A stretch of DNA of 25,206 nucleotides, from contig JABXKD010000053.1 in NCBI GenBank assembly GCA_013375475.1, positions 1 to 25,206 on the forward strand. Reading direction: 5' to 3'. Positions 1 to 8,524 of this stretch are shown one piece after another; within the stretch, counting starts at the first letter, position 1; each line of letters starts with the position of its first letter. A program made the position numbers and the translations under genes. The notes under the pieces were generated by a model. That model saw only the letters and a program-made list of their open reading frames with translations, was not told the DNA's origin and did no database searches. The DNA comes from Promethearchaeota archaeon (lineage in GTDB: Archaea > Asgardarchaeota > Lokiarchaeia > Sigyniarchaeales > SOKP01).

Positions 1-288
1 TGGGATATATATGTTAGTCCCGAGCATGACACACCTAAATCAATTCTCATTAAAACTTTTATTTGCCACTTGCCCAATGCAACAATCAGTTTGGGTTTTC
101 TTACGATCTGGGGTAACTATGCCCTTTTTATACTGATCTTCATAATCGCATTACTCTCATCTGCTATTGCTCAAAAATTTCCTGCTCCATGGGCTAAAGG
201 GAACTTTCACGCTCCTATGGTTAAACCTGGTATTTTTGGTTTACCTTATGGTTCAGGATATATAGAAAAAAAGGATAATAATAAATAA
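1..288 (+). CDS. 3' end of an unknown membrane protein (5'-truncated by the window)
   Basis: Frame 1 is open from base 1 (WDIYVSPEHDTPKSILIKTFICHLPN...) to TAA at 286-288, so the track's 72-aa ORF is probably only the tail. It contains the hydrophobic segment YALFILIFIIALLSSAIA. Confidence 0.6.
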   Translation, partial: WDIYVSPEHDTPKSILIKTFICHLPNATISLGFLTIWGNYALFILIFIIALLSSAIAQKFPAPWAKGNFHAPMVKPGIFGLPYGSGYIEKKDNNK

Positions 289-289
289 T

Positions 290-306
290 AAAAAAATAAA
301 AAAAAA
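290..306 (-). terminator. Oligo-T terminator candidate for aclBA
   Basis: Reads T9-A-T7 on the minus strand a few nt after the aclA stop, in the gap between convergent genes. Confidence 0.5.
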
Positions 307-312
307 GATTCT

Positions 313-2148
313 CTAATCACTAAATAGAATCTCGTCCCAAGGTTGTCGGAATAAGCCAGCTCTCTGACGCTTCTGATCGAATACATGCCCCATCATTCCA
401 ATTGACCTTCCAAGTACAAAAAGACCGTTCAATGCTTCACTTTGGATTACATCTTCAATTTCTTCTTTGGTGAAATCTAAATTTTCAAGTAAATCCAGAA
501 ATGTAATGCCTATACAACCGTCAACATTCAGTATTAAATTATTTCTTTTCGAAGTCGTAAGTTTTTCCACTTCTAAAGCATAATCTAAGTGAGGATGTTT
601 TTCAAACTTTTTAAATACAAATTCTTTTAGTAGTGTAACTCGTACATCAGGATTTTGGACAGATTTGATTCGATGCCCAATTCCTGGGATATTAATTTGG
701 ATTACATCCTTCATATAACCCATAAATTCCAATGGTGCCATTTCTTTTTGCAAGGCTTCTCTAAAGTATTTAGCCGCATCAGAGATTGCTCCACCAAATC
801 TTGGACCAATTGTAAGAATTCCTGACGCAAGTGAGGACATTAGATCTTTTCCGGCACGGGCTGTAATTATTGAATTGTGAGCGCCTGAAACTGCTGGACC
901 GTGATCAGCTGTTAATTTGATAACCATCTCAATGAATTCTTGGGCGAAGTCCGGTAATTCTCTCTTAAACCATAATAAACCAATTACATATCCGATGGAT
1001 TTATTATCTTTAATAATAGTATCTAATCCAACGCCAGCGAAAGTAGGAACATCTCCTCTATCGTCAGATATGGTTACTATTACATCAGTTGGTCGTCTTA
1101 CTTTACCTAACCTTACAGCTTCGTTATAATCCAAGGGAATGGAAGGAGGTTCAAATTCTTCAATTGGTTGTATCTTACCTTCATGTTTTAGATTGTCGAA
1201 TGTTTTTCTAATTTCTTTGTCTAAATCTTCGTAAGATTCTGGAACAATTGCGCCAGCTTCTCGTAGGGCCTGATTTTTTGCATCCGCGGTTTCTTTTGAA
1301 CTATCTGCCATAGCACCCGCGTGACCAAACTGTAATCCTTTAGGCAGAATCTTCGCTGCTGTTCCAGTTACCCACACAACTATAGGTTTTGTTATTTTTC
1401 CGTTTTTCAAAGCGTCCACAATCGCATACTCATCGGTTCCACCAATTTCACCTAACACTACTAGCATTTTAATTTTAGGGTTCGCTTCGTATCGCATGAG
1501 ATGATCGATTAATCTCGAACCAGGATACCTATCGCCACCAATGGCAATGCCTTCGTAAACACCATCAGTTGTTTGGCTAATCATAAAATTCATTTCGTTG
1601 CTTAAACCACCTGATTTTGATACAAACCCGACTGATCCGGGACGATATAATTTGGATAGTATAATATTTTCTAAGGTCCCCGCTGTATTTCCAATTTTAA
1701 AAGCACCTGCCATAATTCCACCTACAGTAGCTGGACCAATGATATTTTTATTCCTCTCGTTTGCGATTTTTATTAAATGTCGACTTTGTCTTTCTGGAAT
1801 ACCTTCAGCTATTATAACAACCGTGCGAATTGTATCAGATTCAAGAGCTTCTTTACTAGTTTCGTACGAAGATCTAAAAGAAGCAAAATTTATCGTAACA
1901 TCCGCATTAGGGTGCTTTTTCATGGCTAATTCAAGCGTTTTATAGATAGGTATAACAATTTCCTTATTCCCATAAAAAACTTTGTGATAACTAATCGCCG
2001 CAGTTTGAGTTGGTCTAATTATTGCTGCTACTGACTGTTTTTCTCTCTTACTTACAAAGTCAAAATCAAGCATTCTTTGGATAGGATTTCTTTGAAATCC
2101 GTAGATTATTGCTTGGGTTTCTCTATTAAAAAGTTCATAATCTTCCAT
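313..2148 (-). CDS. aclA: ATP-citrate lyase large subunit (SCS-alpha-like plus citryl-CoA lyase domain)
   Basis: 611 aa. Motifs IAEGIPE, IIGPATVGG, FVSKSGGLSNE, phospho-His loop QFGHAGA, and citrate-synthase-like C-terminal motifs ADHGPAVSGAHN, IPGIGHRIKS, LILNVDG. GGAGG RBS lies in the end of aclB. Confidence 0.96.
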   Translation of the reverse strand: MEDYELFNRETQAIIYGFQRNPIQRMLDFDFVSKREKQSVAAIIRPTQTAAISYHKVFYGNKEIVIPIYKTLELAMKKHPNADVTINFASFRSSYETSKEALESDTIRTVVIIAEGIPERQSRHLIKIANERNKNIIGPATVGGIMAGAFKIGNTAGTLENIILSKLYRPGSVGFVSKSGGLSNEMNFMISQTTDGVYEGIAIGGDRYPGSRLIDHLMRYEANPKIKMLVVLGEIGGTDEYAIVDALKNGKITKPIVVWVTGTAAKILPKGLQFGHAGAMADSSKETADAKNQALREAGAIVPESYEDLDKEIRKTFDNLKHEGKIQPIEEFEPPSIPLDYNEAVRLGKVRRPTDVIVTISDDRGDVPTFAGVGLDTIIKDNKSIGYVIGLLWFKRELPDFAQEFIEMVIKLTADHGPAVSGAHNSIITARAGKDLMSSLASGILTIGPRFGGAISDAAKYFREALQKEMAPLEFMGYMKDVIQINIPGIGHRIKSVQNPDVRVTLLKEFVFKKFEKHPHLDYALEVEKLTTSKRNNLILNVDGCIGITFLDLLENLDFTKEEIEDVIQSEALNGLFVLGRSIGMMGHVFDQKRQRAGLFRQPWDEILFSD

Positions 2149-2149
2149 T

Positions 2150-3445
2150 TTATGCTCCTCCTGTTTCTTCTGCTTGTTTAATTAAATCGATAACTCTAGT
2201 CATATGAGTATATCTATCGTATACTTCTATTGGAATTCCGGTTTCCTGTCCTACTTGTTTCATAAGTTCAAGGCCTAGTTTCTCGTTTGGTCCTCCTCTT
2301 CGCACAAAAATTTTAACTTTCGCTTTTTTCAGTTTTTCAACCGAATTCTTGATGGCACTAACAATTCCAGTAAATGTAGCCTTTACATCCGTGAAGTTAG
2401 CAATTCCTCCGCCAATTATTAAGTATTTTGATCTCCCAGCGGGGTCAGGAGTTTCTGTGATGAGGTCAATTATCGTTTGAGCGTAAATTTCAGTATGTTC
2501 TCTTGATGGATTTCCAGAATATTCTCCATAATTCCCTAACTCTTCTCCAAATCCTAAGTCAACTATCGTATCAGTATAGATAACTGAAGCACCTCCCCCC
2601 GCAACCATAGTCCAAACTCGACCAACTGGATTTAAGATTTTCAGTTTTAAGGAAGCGCCTGTTTTCTCGTCTAATTCCCTTATATATGCTTCTTTTTCAG
2701 ACATAGTTTGTCCGAAACCAGCTGGAAATTCAATCGGATTGTTAGGATTTCCCCACGTGTCTGTGTGAAGAAACATAGCGGTATCGTCTAGTCTCGCTTT
2801 AACATCTAAAGGTACTACTTTGTTATCTTCAGTTATTGCGAAAGGATTGATTTCAAGAAAAGTAAAATCCTGATCAACGAACACCCGATATAGTCCCTTA
2901 ATAAACGGAATTAAGATGTTTTTAGAATCTCCTAAATCTGGCATTTTACCCTCTAAATCGAACGATGTAATATCCGTGCCTAACGGTATGGGTATGTGAA
3001 TAACTTTATCCCAATTTTCTTCTACGAAAATACCCCCTTCAAAACTGAAATGAATGACATCACCGTCTCTTTGGGTCGTTATTGAGACATAGTATTCTTT
3101 TTCGTGAGGAATAAAAGGTTCTACAAGTAAGCGTTTCAAGGCACCCCTCACGTTTCCAATCTCGCATACTCTATCTAAATTACTATAGCAAAAATCTTTC
3201 ATTTCATCACAATTTGCATCTAGTAGAAGTAAGTTTGCTTTCCCCCTTTTTCCAAAAAGCTGGTCAGGTTTAACGACAACCTTTTCTGTATTTATCCACG
3301 AATTATCTGAGATTGATTTCTCTAAATCAGTCTCGCAATCAATAACAACTAATTTGTTATGGTAATTAAATTCCGGAAAATACTTTGGTAATTCGCTCGC
3401 TATAAGCTTTTTCGCATCGTACTCATAAATATTTTTTTGAGCCAA
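2150..3445 (-). CDS. aclB: ATP-citrate lyase small subunit (ATP-grasp plus citrate-binding domain)
   Basis: 431 aa, TTG start. ACL-type motifs EYDAK, KPDQLFGKRGK, WTMVAGGGASVIY, NYGEYSGNP, GGGIANFTDV, VRRGGPN. Ends 1 nt before the aclA start. Confidence 0.96.
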   Translation of the reverse strand: MAQKNIYEYDAKKLIASELPKYFPEFNYHNKLVVIDCETDLEKSISDNSWINTEKVVVKPDQLFGKRGKANLLLLDANCDEMKDFCYSNLDRVCEIGNVRGALKRLLVEPFIPHEKEYYVSITTQRDGDVIHFSFEGGIFVEENWDKVIHIPIPLGTDITSFDLEGKMPDLGDSKNILIPFIKGLYRVFVDQDFTFLEINPFAITEDNKVVPLDVKARLDDTAMFLHTDTWGNPNNPIEFPAGFGQTMSEKEAYIRELDEKTGASLKLKILNPVGRVWTMVAGGGASVIYTDTIVDLGFGEELGNYGEYSGNPSREHTEIYAQTIIDLITETPDPAGRSKYLIIGGGIANFTDVKATFTGIVSAIKNSVEKLKKAKVKIFVRRGGPNEKLGLELMKQVGQETGIPIEVYDRYTHMTRVIDLIKQAEETGGA

Positions 3446-3512
3446 TTTTCTCTCTTTCTCTTATTTTTTTTTAATGTTATGTCAAAGAATTATAATTACT
3501 GTAAACTCAACC

Positions 3513-3529
3513 TTAATAAAAATTTTACC
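3513..3529 (-). promoter_or_regulatory. BRE/TATA promoter candidate for aclBA
   Basis: Minus strand reads GGTAAAA-TTTTTATTAA, about 70 nt upstream of the aclB start. Confidence 0.4.
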
Positions 3530-3650
3530 TACATGACTTATATGGGATTCTTTTCCCTTTTATATGGTAATCGCATGAATTTTTTCAAGTATAGGTATGA
3601 TTTTGAGTGTAAAGATAGTATATAACAAATTCTTTTGAACAAAATGAGCT

Positions 3651-3662
3651 AAAAAAAAAAAA
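3651..3662 (-). terminator. Oligo-T terminator candidate for the corrinoid/URO-D operon
   Basis: T12 run on the minus strand about 20 nt after the stop at 3684. Confidence 0.5.
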
Positions 3663-3683
3663 TTTTAGAAAATTAAATGAATT

Positions 3684-5264
3684 TTACAAAGCCATAATTT
3701 TGGCTAATTCTTGCATATTTTTCATGCCTTTAACTTTCAACTTTCCTGTGAGCATTTTTATTAACATACTAACCTTAGAAATCTTTCCACCAGTGAAGTC
3801 GAAAAATAAACTGGCAGTGCAAGCTATTGAACCATCAACTTCAATATTTTTAATAGTATCGCTATCATTTTCAATATGTTTTACATCTAGCGTTCCGTTT
3901 TCAACCGTAATTAACGCGCTATATCTTTGGTCAGTAAGATTGTAGAGAAAACTCATCTTTGCATCGGCATATTCTTCTTTGAATTTTTCATTTTGATTTA
4001 TCTGTCCCATTTGTTGCCATAATAATCCTGCAAGACCGCATCGTTGTTCTTTAGCTTCTTCTTTCATTTGAGCTTTTATAACAGATTCATTCTCAATTCT
4101 CCATTCTTTAAAAGGTTTTTTAGTTGGAATTTTTACTTCAATTTCATCTAGATTGTCTGCGATAGGGAGCTTTCCATAAGTATGAGCTGCGGCTACAGCC
4201 GCGTGAATGTGTTCTGAGGGAGTGTCTGCAGGAACATTTGATAAGAGAATACTTAGGTTATGATCTCGTCCAAAAGCATCAACGAATCTTTTAACATTAT
4301 CTACAATTTTCTCTATGGGTCCATCACGGAGCAATCGAGCATTAATCCCTGCTGTAATTGACACAGTTTTACCTTCTTTTCGAAATTTTTCAGTGTAATT
4401 ACGTACTGCTTCAAGAGGGTATTCATGCCATCGACCCATGACTAAGAACAATGCGGGGTTACCACCCATGCTTGCAATTTGTACATCAAAACTATCATGA
4501 AGTATTTTCTCATCAAATTTTTCTAATCGTTCTTCACAATAGTCTGCTGTCACATTCATCGTGATTACTCCAAATTCGTTGCATTTTTTTTCGAGTCGTT
4601 GATTATAGGGTACAATCAAATCCATCATCTCTTTGGGGGATAGATTTGGCACACTAGCCCACGCATCAGCTCCTATTCCCATTAAATTACCTGTTTTCTC
4701 ATTTTGTATCCTAATCCAAGGTGCTAAAACATCATCAACGGCGAAACTCATTACTCCATGATAAAATTTTGGGTCCTTTTTCATTGCTCTAACGAGTTTT
4801 GGAAATCCCATCAATCCAACTGCTAAGCTAAAAGGCGAGCAAAATATGCATAATCCACTCACCATTGAGCCTGAAGTCTTTAGGATCATCGGAAAGCGTC
4901 CAGCATTATAAAAATCGATTTTTTTATTTTTTAATTTTTCTAAATCTTCATAGTTCTTAATTAACGGTTGGCGGAAATCAATAGTAGGCATAGAATTTTC
5001 GCCATAAATTAATTTACCTCCTAACGCTTCTACTTCTAAATTATAGGAATCATATCCTCCTGCTGGACCATCTAACTCATAATATTTTCCCACTAATCCG
5101 CCTATTTCAAAATTTAAATTAAAATCAGTAAAAAAGGTTTTAGCTGGAACTTCTGCTAAATACATTACATGATCATGGCATTGAGCTGAAATAGCAATAT
5201 GCCCTTTATCACCAATCGAAAGAACACTTCCTAAATCCTTTTTCCTTTCACCTGTTTGAGCCAT
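3684..5264 (-). CDS. URO-D-family (cobalamin-dependent methyltransferase-like) TIM barrel fused to a C-terminal SCP2 lipid-binding domain
   Basis: The first ~400 aa show YNLEVEALGG, GRFP, SPFSLA, ADAWASVPNLSP, GINARLLRDGP and VPADTPSEHIHA, typical of URO-D/MtaA-like proteins. The last ~115 aa (ALITVENGTLDV...MLTGKLKVKG) match the SCP2 pattern. It starts 6 nt after a corrinoid protein gene. Confidence 0.8.
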   Translation of the reverse strand: MAQTGERKKDLGSVLSIGDKGHIAISAQCHDHVMYLAEVPAKTFFTDFNLNFEIGGLVGKYYELDGPAGGYDSYNLEVEALGGKLIYGENSMPTIDFRQPLIKNYEDLEKLKNKKIDFYNAGRFPMILKTSGSMVSGLCIFCSPFSLAVGLMGFPKLVRAMKKDPKFYHGVMSFAVDDVLAPWIRIQNEKTGNLMGIGADAWASVPNLSPKEMMDLIVPYNQRLEKKCNEFGVITMNVTADYCEERLEKFDEKILHDSFDVQIASMGGNPALFLVMGRWHEYPLEAVRNYTEKFRKEGKTVSITAGINARLLRDGPIEKIVDNVKRFVDAFGRDHNLSILLSNVPADTPSEHIHAAVAAAHTYGKLPIADNLDEIEVKIPTKKPFKEWRIENESVIKAQMKEEAKEQRCGLAGLLWQQMGQINQNEKFKEEYADAKMSFLYNLTDQRYSALITVENGTLDVKHIENDSDTIKNIEVDGSIACTASLFFDFTGGKISKVSMLIKMLTGKLKVKGMKNMQELAKIMAL

Positions 5265-5270
5265 ATTAAA

Positions 5271-5906
5271 TCACCCCATAACCTCTTTTGCTTTTTCTAC
5301 GGCATCAAATGCATCTTTACCCCAAGCGTCAGCTTTTATTTCATCAGCAAATTCTTGAGTACAAGGTACTCCACCAATTAACACTTTAACATTGTTTCTC
5401 AATCCTTCATTTTCAAGATGTTTGACTATTTCTTTCATCTCGAGCATTGTTGTGGTCATATAACATCCTAAACCCAAGATATCTGGTTTTTCTTCTTTAA
5501 CTGTTTTAATAAAGACCTCCTTCGATACATCTTCTCCTAAATCAATAACTTCGAAACCTCCTCCTCGAAGAGTTGCATTAACCATAGTTTTACCCAAATT
5601 ATGCATATCCCCCGCAACCGTTCCAATAACAATCTTTCCTGAGGACCCTCTTTCTCCAGCCGAAAGCTTTGGTTCAATATTTTCCATAGCTAGCCGGAAA
5701 GCTTCAGCACATAAAATAATATCTGTGTGAAAATATTCGTTTTGCTTCCACAATTCTCCAGCTTCTTGAATTCCTGGGATTATACCTTCATTCATAATTT
5801 TGTAAGGATCTAATCCCTCAGTTAGAGACTTTTCTGCAAGCTCAGCAGCTAAATCATCATCTCCTTCAAGAACTGCTTTTTTCAAATCAACTAAAATATT
5901 TCCCAT
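5271..5906 (-). CDS. Corrinoid (B12-binding) protein, MtaC/MttC-like
   Basis: N-terminal cap domain plus GTVAGDMHNLGK (DxHxxG), VIDLGEDV, VLIGG, ADAW. GGAG RBS upstream. Confidence 0.93.
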   Translation of the reverse strand: MGNILVDLKKAVLEGDDDLAAELAEKSLTEGLDPYKIMNEGIIPGIQEAGELWKQNEYFHTDIILCAEAFRLAMENIEPKLSAGERGSSGKIVIGTVAGDMHNLGKTMVNATLRGGGFEVIDLGEDVSKEVFIKTVKEEKPDILGLGCYMTTTMLEMKEIVKHLENEGLRNNVKVLIGGVPCTQEFADEIKADAWGKDAFDAVEKAKEVMG

Positions 5907-6051
5907 TTTTTGTTCTCCTTCTTATAAAATTAAGGTTAGTAATAGATAGATTAGATGTGATATAAATAATTATTCAAAAGTAGTTTAATCTTGATTGCAT
6001 TTTTTAAAAAAAGTAGAAATTTATTTTCTCTCAATATCTTTTTTTACAGAG

Positions 6052-6405
6052 CTATTTAGTAACATCCAGATTTTCCAGTGGAATCCATCCTAATTTTCCA
6101 CTTTCATTTTCTATCAATGCCCAATCGCTTTCTATCTCCTTTATTTTAACTAATTCTCCTTTTGATATGGTAATCTCATAAGAATTATAAGCACGATTGA
6201 ACTGGAACTCTTCAGTTGATTCCTTTACTGGAGTAAGGAAGGCTTTAGGGACCCAACCGTAAATTCCATTCTTAGTTCTACAATAAAGCCATCCTTCCCA
6301 TTGAGTAGGTTTTTCTTTACCAACGACAATCTCACCCTTTTCAGCTTGAAAAGGAATCAGCACCTCTGAATGATGAGATTTAATCACTTTTACTTTATTT
6401 GTCAT
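6052..6405 (-). CDS. Tandem SH3-domain protein
   Basis: Two SH3-like repeats ending WLYCRTKNGIYGWVPKAFL and WALIENESGKLGWIPLENL. ATG at 6405 (TTG at 6408). No signal peptide. Confidence 0.8.
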   Translation of the reverse strand: MTNKVKVIKSHHSEVLIPFQAEKGEIVVGKEKPTQWEGWLYCRTKNGIYGWVPKAFLTPVKESTEEFQFNRAYNSYEITISKGELVKIKEIESDWALIENESGKLGWIPLENLDVTK

Positions 6406-6458
6406 CAAAATTTTTCTTTTTTTCTAGATTTTATATTTAATTCTTACAGCGTATTTAC

Positions 6459-7319
6459 TTACATTAATTTTTGTATTATTTTTGGAACATCCCAGGGTAA
6501 ATCTGCTATTAATGCTCCAGCGTTTTCTAACGCTTGAATCTTTCCTTTTGCGGTCCCAAAATCGCCTGAAATGATCGCTCCAGCATGACCCATCCTCTTT
6601 CCATCTGGAGCGCTTTTTCCAGCAATATAAGCTATAACTGGTTTAGAAACGTTGCCTTTAATAAATTTAGCTGTCTTTTCTTCCTCGTCACTTCCAATTT
6701 CCCCTATAAGGACAATTATTTTTGTGTTAGGATCATCTGAATAATATGTGACAGCTTCTTGCATAGTAGTTCCTCTCACAGGGTCACCACCTATACCTAC
6801 ATAAGCAGAAACTCCGATACCACTTTTTCCTATTGCTTTTGTTATTTCGTATGATAAAGTTCCACTCTTTGAAATTACTGCGACATCGCCGTAATGACAC
6901 ATGTCGTCTGGCATTATACCCAATTTGATTTTATCGGGGATTAACATTCCGGGACAATTTGGGCCAATTAAATGTAACCTTTTTTCTCTAGCTTTCTCTA
7001 CAAGCCTAATCATATCAAAAATTGGTACATTCTCGGATATTATGCATGTCATGTTAATTCTGGCGTTTAGACTTTCCATTGTTGCCCCAAAAGTGAATTT
7101 TGCTGGAACAATGATTATGCTCGTATCTGCATCAGTATCTTGGATTGCCTCTTTCATTTTGTTAAACACTGGAACTCCATATACTTCTTGACCTCCTTTT
7201 TCAGGTGTTACTCCAGCAACAATTTTTGTGCCATAATCAAGCATCAGTTTAGTATGAAACATTCCTTGTTTTCCTGTTATGCCTTGAACTATAACTCTTG
7301 AGTTTTCATTTATATACAT
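6459..7319 (-). CDS. sucD: Succinyl-CoA synthetase alpha subunit
   Basis: VQGITGKQG, VAGVTP, IGPNCPG, SKSGTLSYE, GIGGDP, IGEIG and the phospho-His motif RMGHAGA. Confidence 0.93.
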   Translation of the reverse strand: MYINENSRVIVQGITGKQGMFHTKLMLDYGTKIVAGVTPEKGGQEVYGVPVFNKMKEAIQDTDADTSIIIVPAKFTFGATMESLNARINMTCIISENVPIFDMIRLVEKAREKRLHLIGPNCPGMLIPDKIKLGIMPDDMCHYGDVAVISKSGTLSYEITKAIGKSGIGVSAYVGIGGDPVRGTTMQEAVTYYSDDPNTKIIVLIGEIGSDEEEKTAKFIKGNVSKPVIAYIAGKSAPDGKRMGHAGAIISGDFGTAKGKIQALENAGALIADLPWDVPKIIQKLM

Positions 7320-7320
7320 A

Positions 7321-8445
7321 TTATTCGCTAAGCACCTCTTTTACTTTTTTAACAGCACTCATAATATCTTGAAACGCTTCTATGTTTGCTTGTTTAAGCA
7401 AGACAATTCCCTCCTTTTCGTTCGTTCCTGTTAATCTTATTATCATTGGCGGAGCGTTTGAAAAATCGCTAAGAGCCTGAATTATCGCTTGAGCCACTAT
7501 ATCGCAACGAGTGATACCTCCAAAAATATTCACTAAAACTGCACTAGGTTTTAATTTAAAAATTAATTCGAGTGCTTTATAGACTCTTTCCTTGCTTGCT
7601 CCTCCCCCAACATCCAAAAAATTAGCCGGCTTTAAACCTAATTCGGATAATATATCGAGTAATGCCATAGTAAGCCCAGCCCCATTTGCCAAGATCCCGA
7701 TATTTCCTGATAGTTCAACAAACGAAAACCCTGCATCTTTTGCTAACTTTTCTAAATCACTTAACTTTCTATCTTGTAATCTTTGAACGATTGGCTGCCG
7801 AAATGCCGCATCATCGTCTAAAATCATTTTGCCATCTACAGCAAATAATCCAGAAGGCGTCATTACCAGGGGATTTATCTCCACAAGCTGTGCCTCTAAT
7901 TTAAAGGCTATATCCCATAATTTCATGAATATTTGGGACGCCTCAGCATTTTGTTTACCACTAAGTCCCAATTGGTTGGCAATTCCGTTTGCTAACTCTT
8001 CAGAGATCCCATCTTGAAAGGAAAAACTCTCTTTAAGTATTGCGTCTGGTGTTGTTTTAGAAACCTCTTCAATATCAATCCCCCCTTCTTTGCTAGCAAT
8101 CAGATAAAATTGTCTCCCAGAAGCATCTAAGGCTACGGAACAATAATACTCTTGTTCTACTGTTACGAGTTCTTCAATAAGAATTGCTTCAACCTCAAAC
8201 CCCGCTACATTTCTTTTAAAATACTCATCACACAGTGAAATTGCCTCATTTGCAGATTTAGCAATTTTTATTAAGCCTGCTTTTTTTCTGCTTCCTATAG
8301 CGATTTGCGATTTAACTAATGCCGGGAATGAAAAATCTTTAACTTTTTCCTCAATATCTTCGCCCTTAAGAATCAACATATTATTAACTAATGGAATACC
8401 AAACTCACTAAAAATTTCCTTACTCTCGTATTCGAGCAATCTAAT
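7321..8445 (-). CDS. sucC: Succinyl-CoA synthetase beta subunit (probable ATT start at 8445; the track starts at TTG 8439)
   Basis: (M)RLLEYESK, EGGIDIEEV, EINPL, NGAGLTMA, PANFLDVGGGA, NIFGGITRCD, RLTGTNE. GAGGT RBS lies 7 nt before the ATT. Confidence 0.92.
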   Translation of the reverse strand: MRLLEYESKEIFSEFGIPLVNNMLILKGEDIEEKVKDFSFPALVKSQIAIGSRKKAGLIKIAKSANEAISLCDEYFKRNVAGFEVEAILIEELVTVEQEYYCSVALDASGRQFYLIASKEGGIDIEEVSKTTPDAILKESFSFQDGISEELANGIANQLGLSGKQNAEASQIFMKLWDIAFKLEAQLVEINPLVMTPSGLFAVDGKMILDDDAAFRQPIVQRLQDRKLSDLEKLAKDAGFSFVELSGNIGILANGAGLTMALLDILSELGLKPANFLDVGGGASKERVYKALELIFKLKPSAVLVNIFGGITRCDIVAQAIIQALSDFSNAPPMIIRLTGTNEKEGIVLLKQANIEAFQDIMSAVKKVKEVLSE

Positions 8446-8508
8446 GACAAAAACCTCTGTTAATGAATATATGGGAGAATTAGATTTGAATTAAAAATCG
8501 CTCAGTAG

Positions 8509-8524
8509 TTAATAAAACTTATTC
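8509..8524 (-). promoter_or_regulatory. BRE/TATA promoter candidate for sucCD
   Basis: Minus strand reads GAATAAG-TTTTATTAA, about 65 nt upstream of sucC in the divergent intergenic region. Confidence 0.4.

Noticed and set aside
1-288. FICHLPN as a CPBP/CAAX protease motif
   Set aside because: Only a fragment is visible and the diagnostic EExxxR motif is not in the window.
3525-3600. Weak hairpin (GGGA-TTCTTT-TCCC) and repeated TTATATGG upstream of aclB; ATATGGGA also occurs upstream of sucC
   Set aside because: The stem is only 4 bp, the shared 8-mer lies on opposite sides of the putative TATA boxes, and I see no riboswitch consensus.
3437-3625. 62-aa ORF in the aclB upstream region
   Set aside because: It is a low-complexity translation of AT-rich promoter DNA that overlaps the aclB start on the opposite strand.
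5262-5276. The corrinoid gene's TGA is in frame with the next ATG (GGG TGA TTT AAT ATG), suggesting Sec or readthrough fusion
   Set aside because: GGGGTGA is a well-placed archaeal RBS for the next gene, the corrinoid protein is already full length, in-frame spacing has a 1-in-3 chance, and I could not identify a SECIS.
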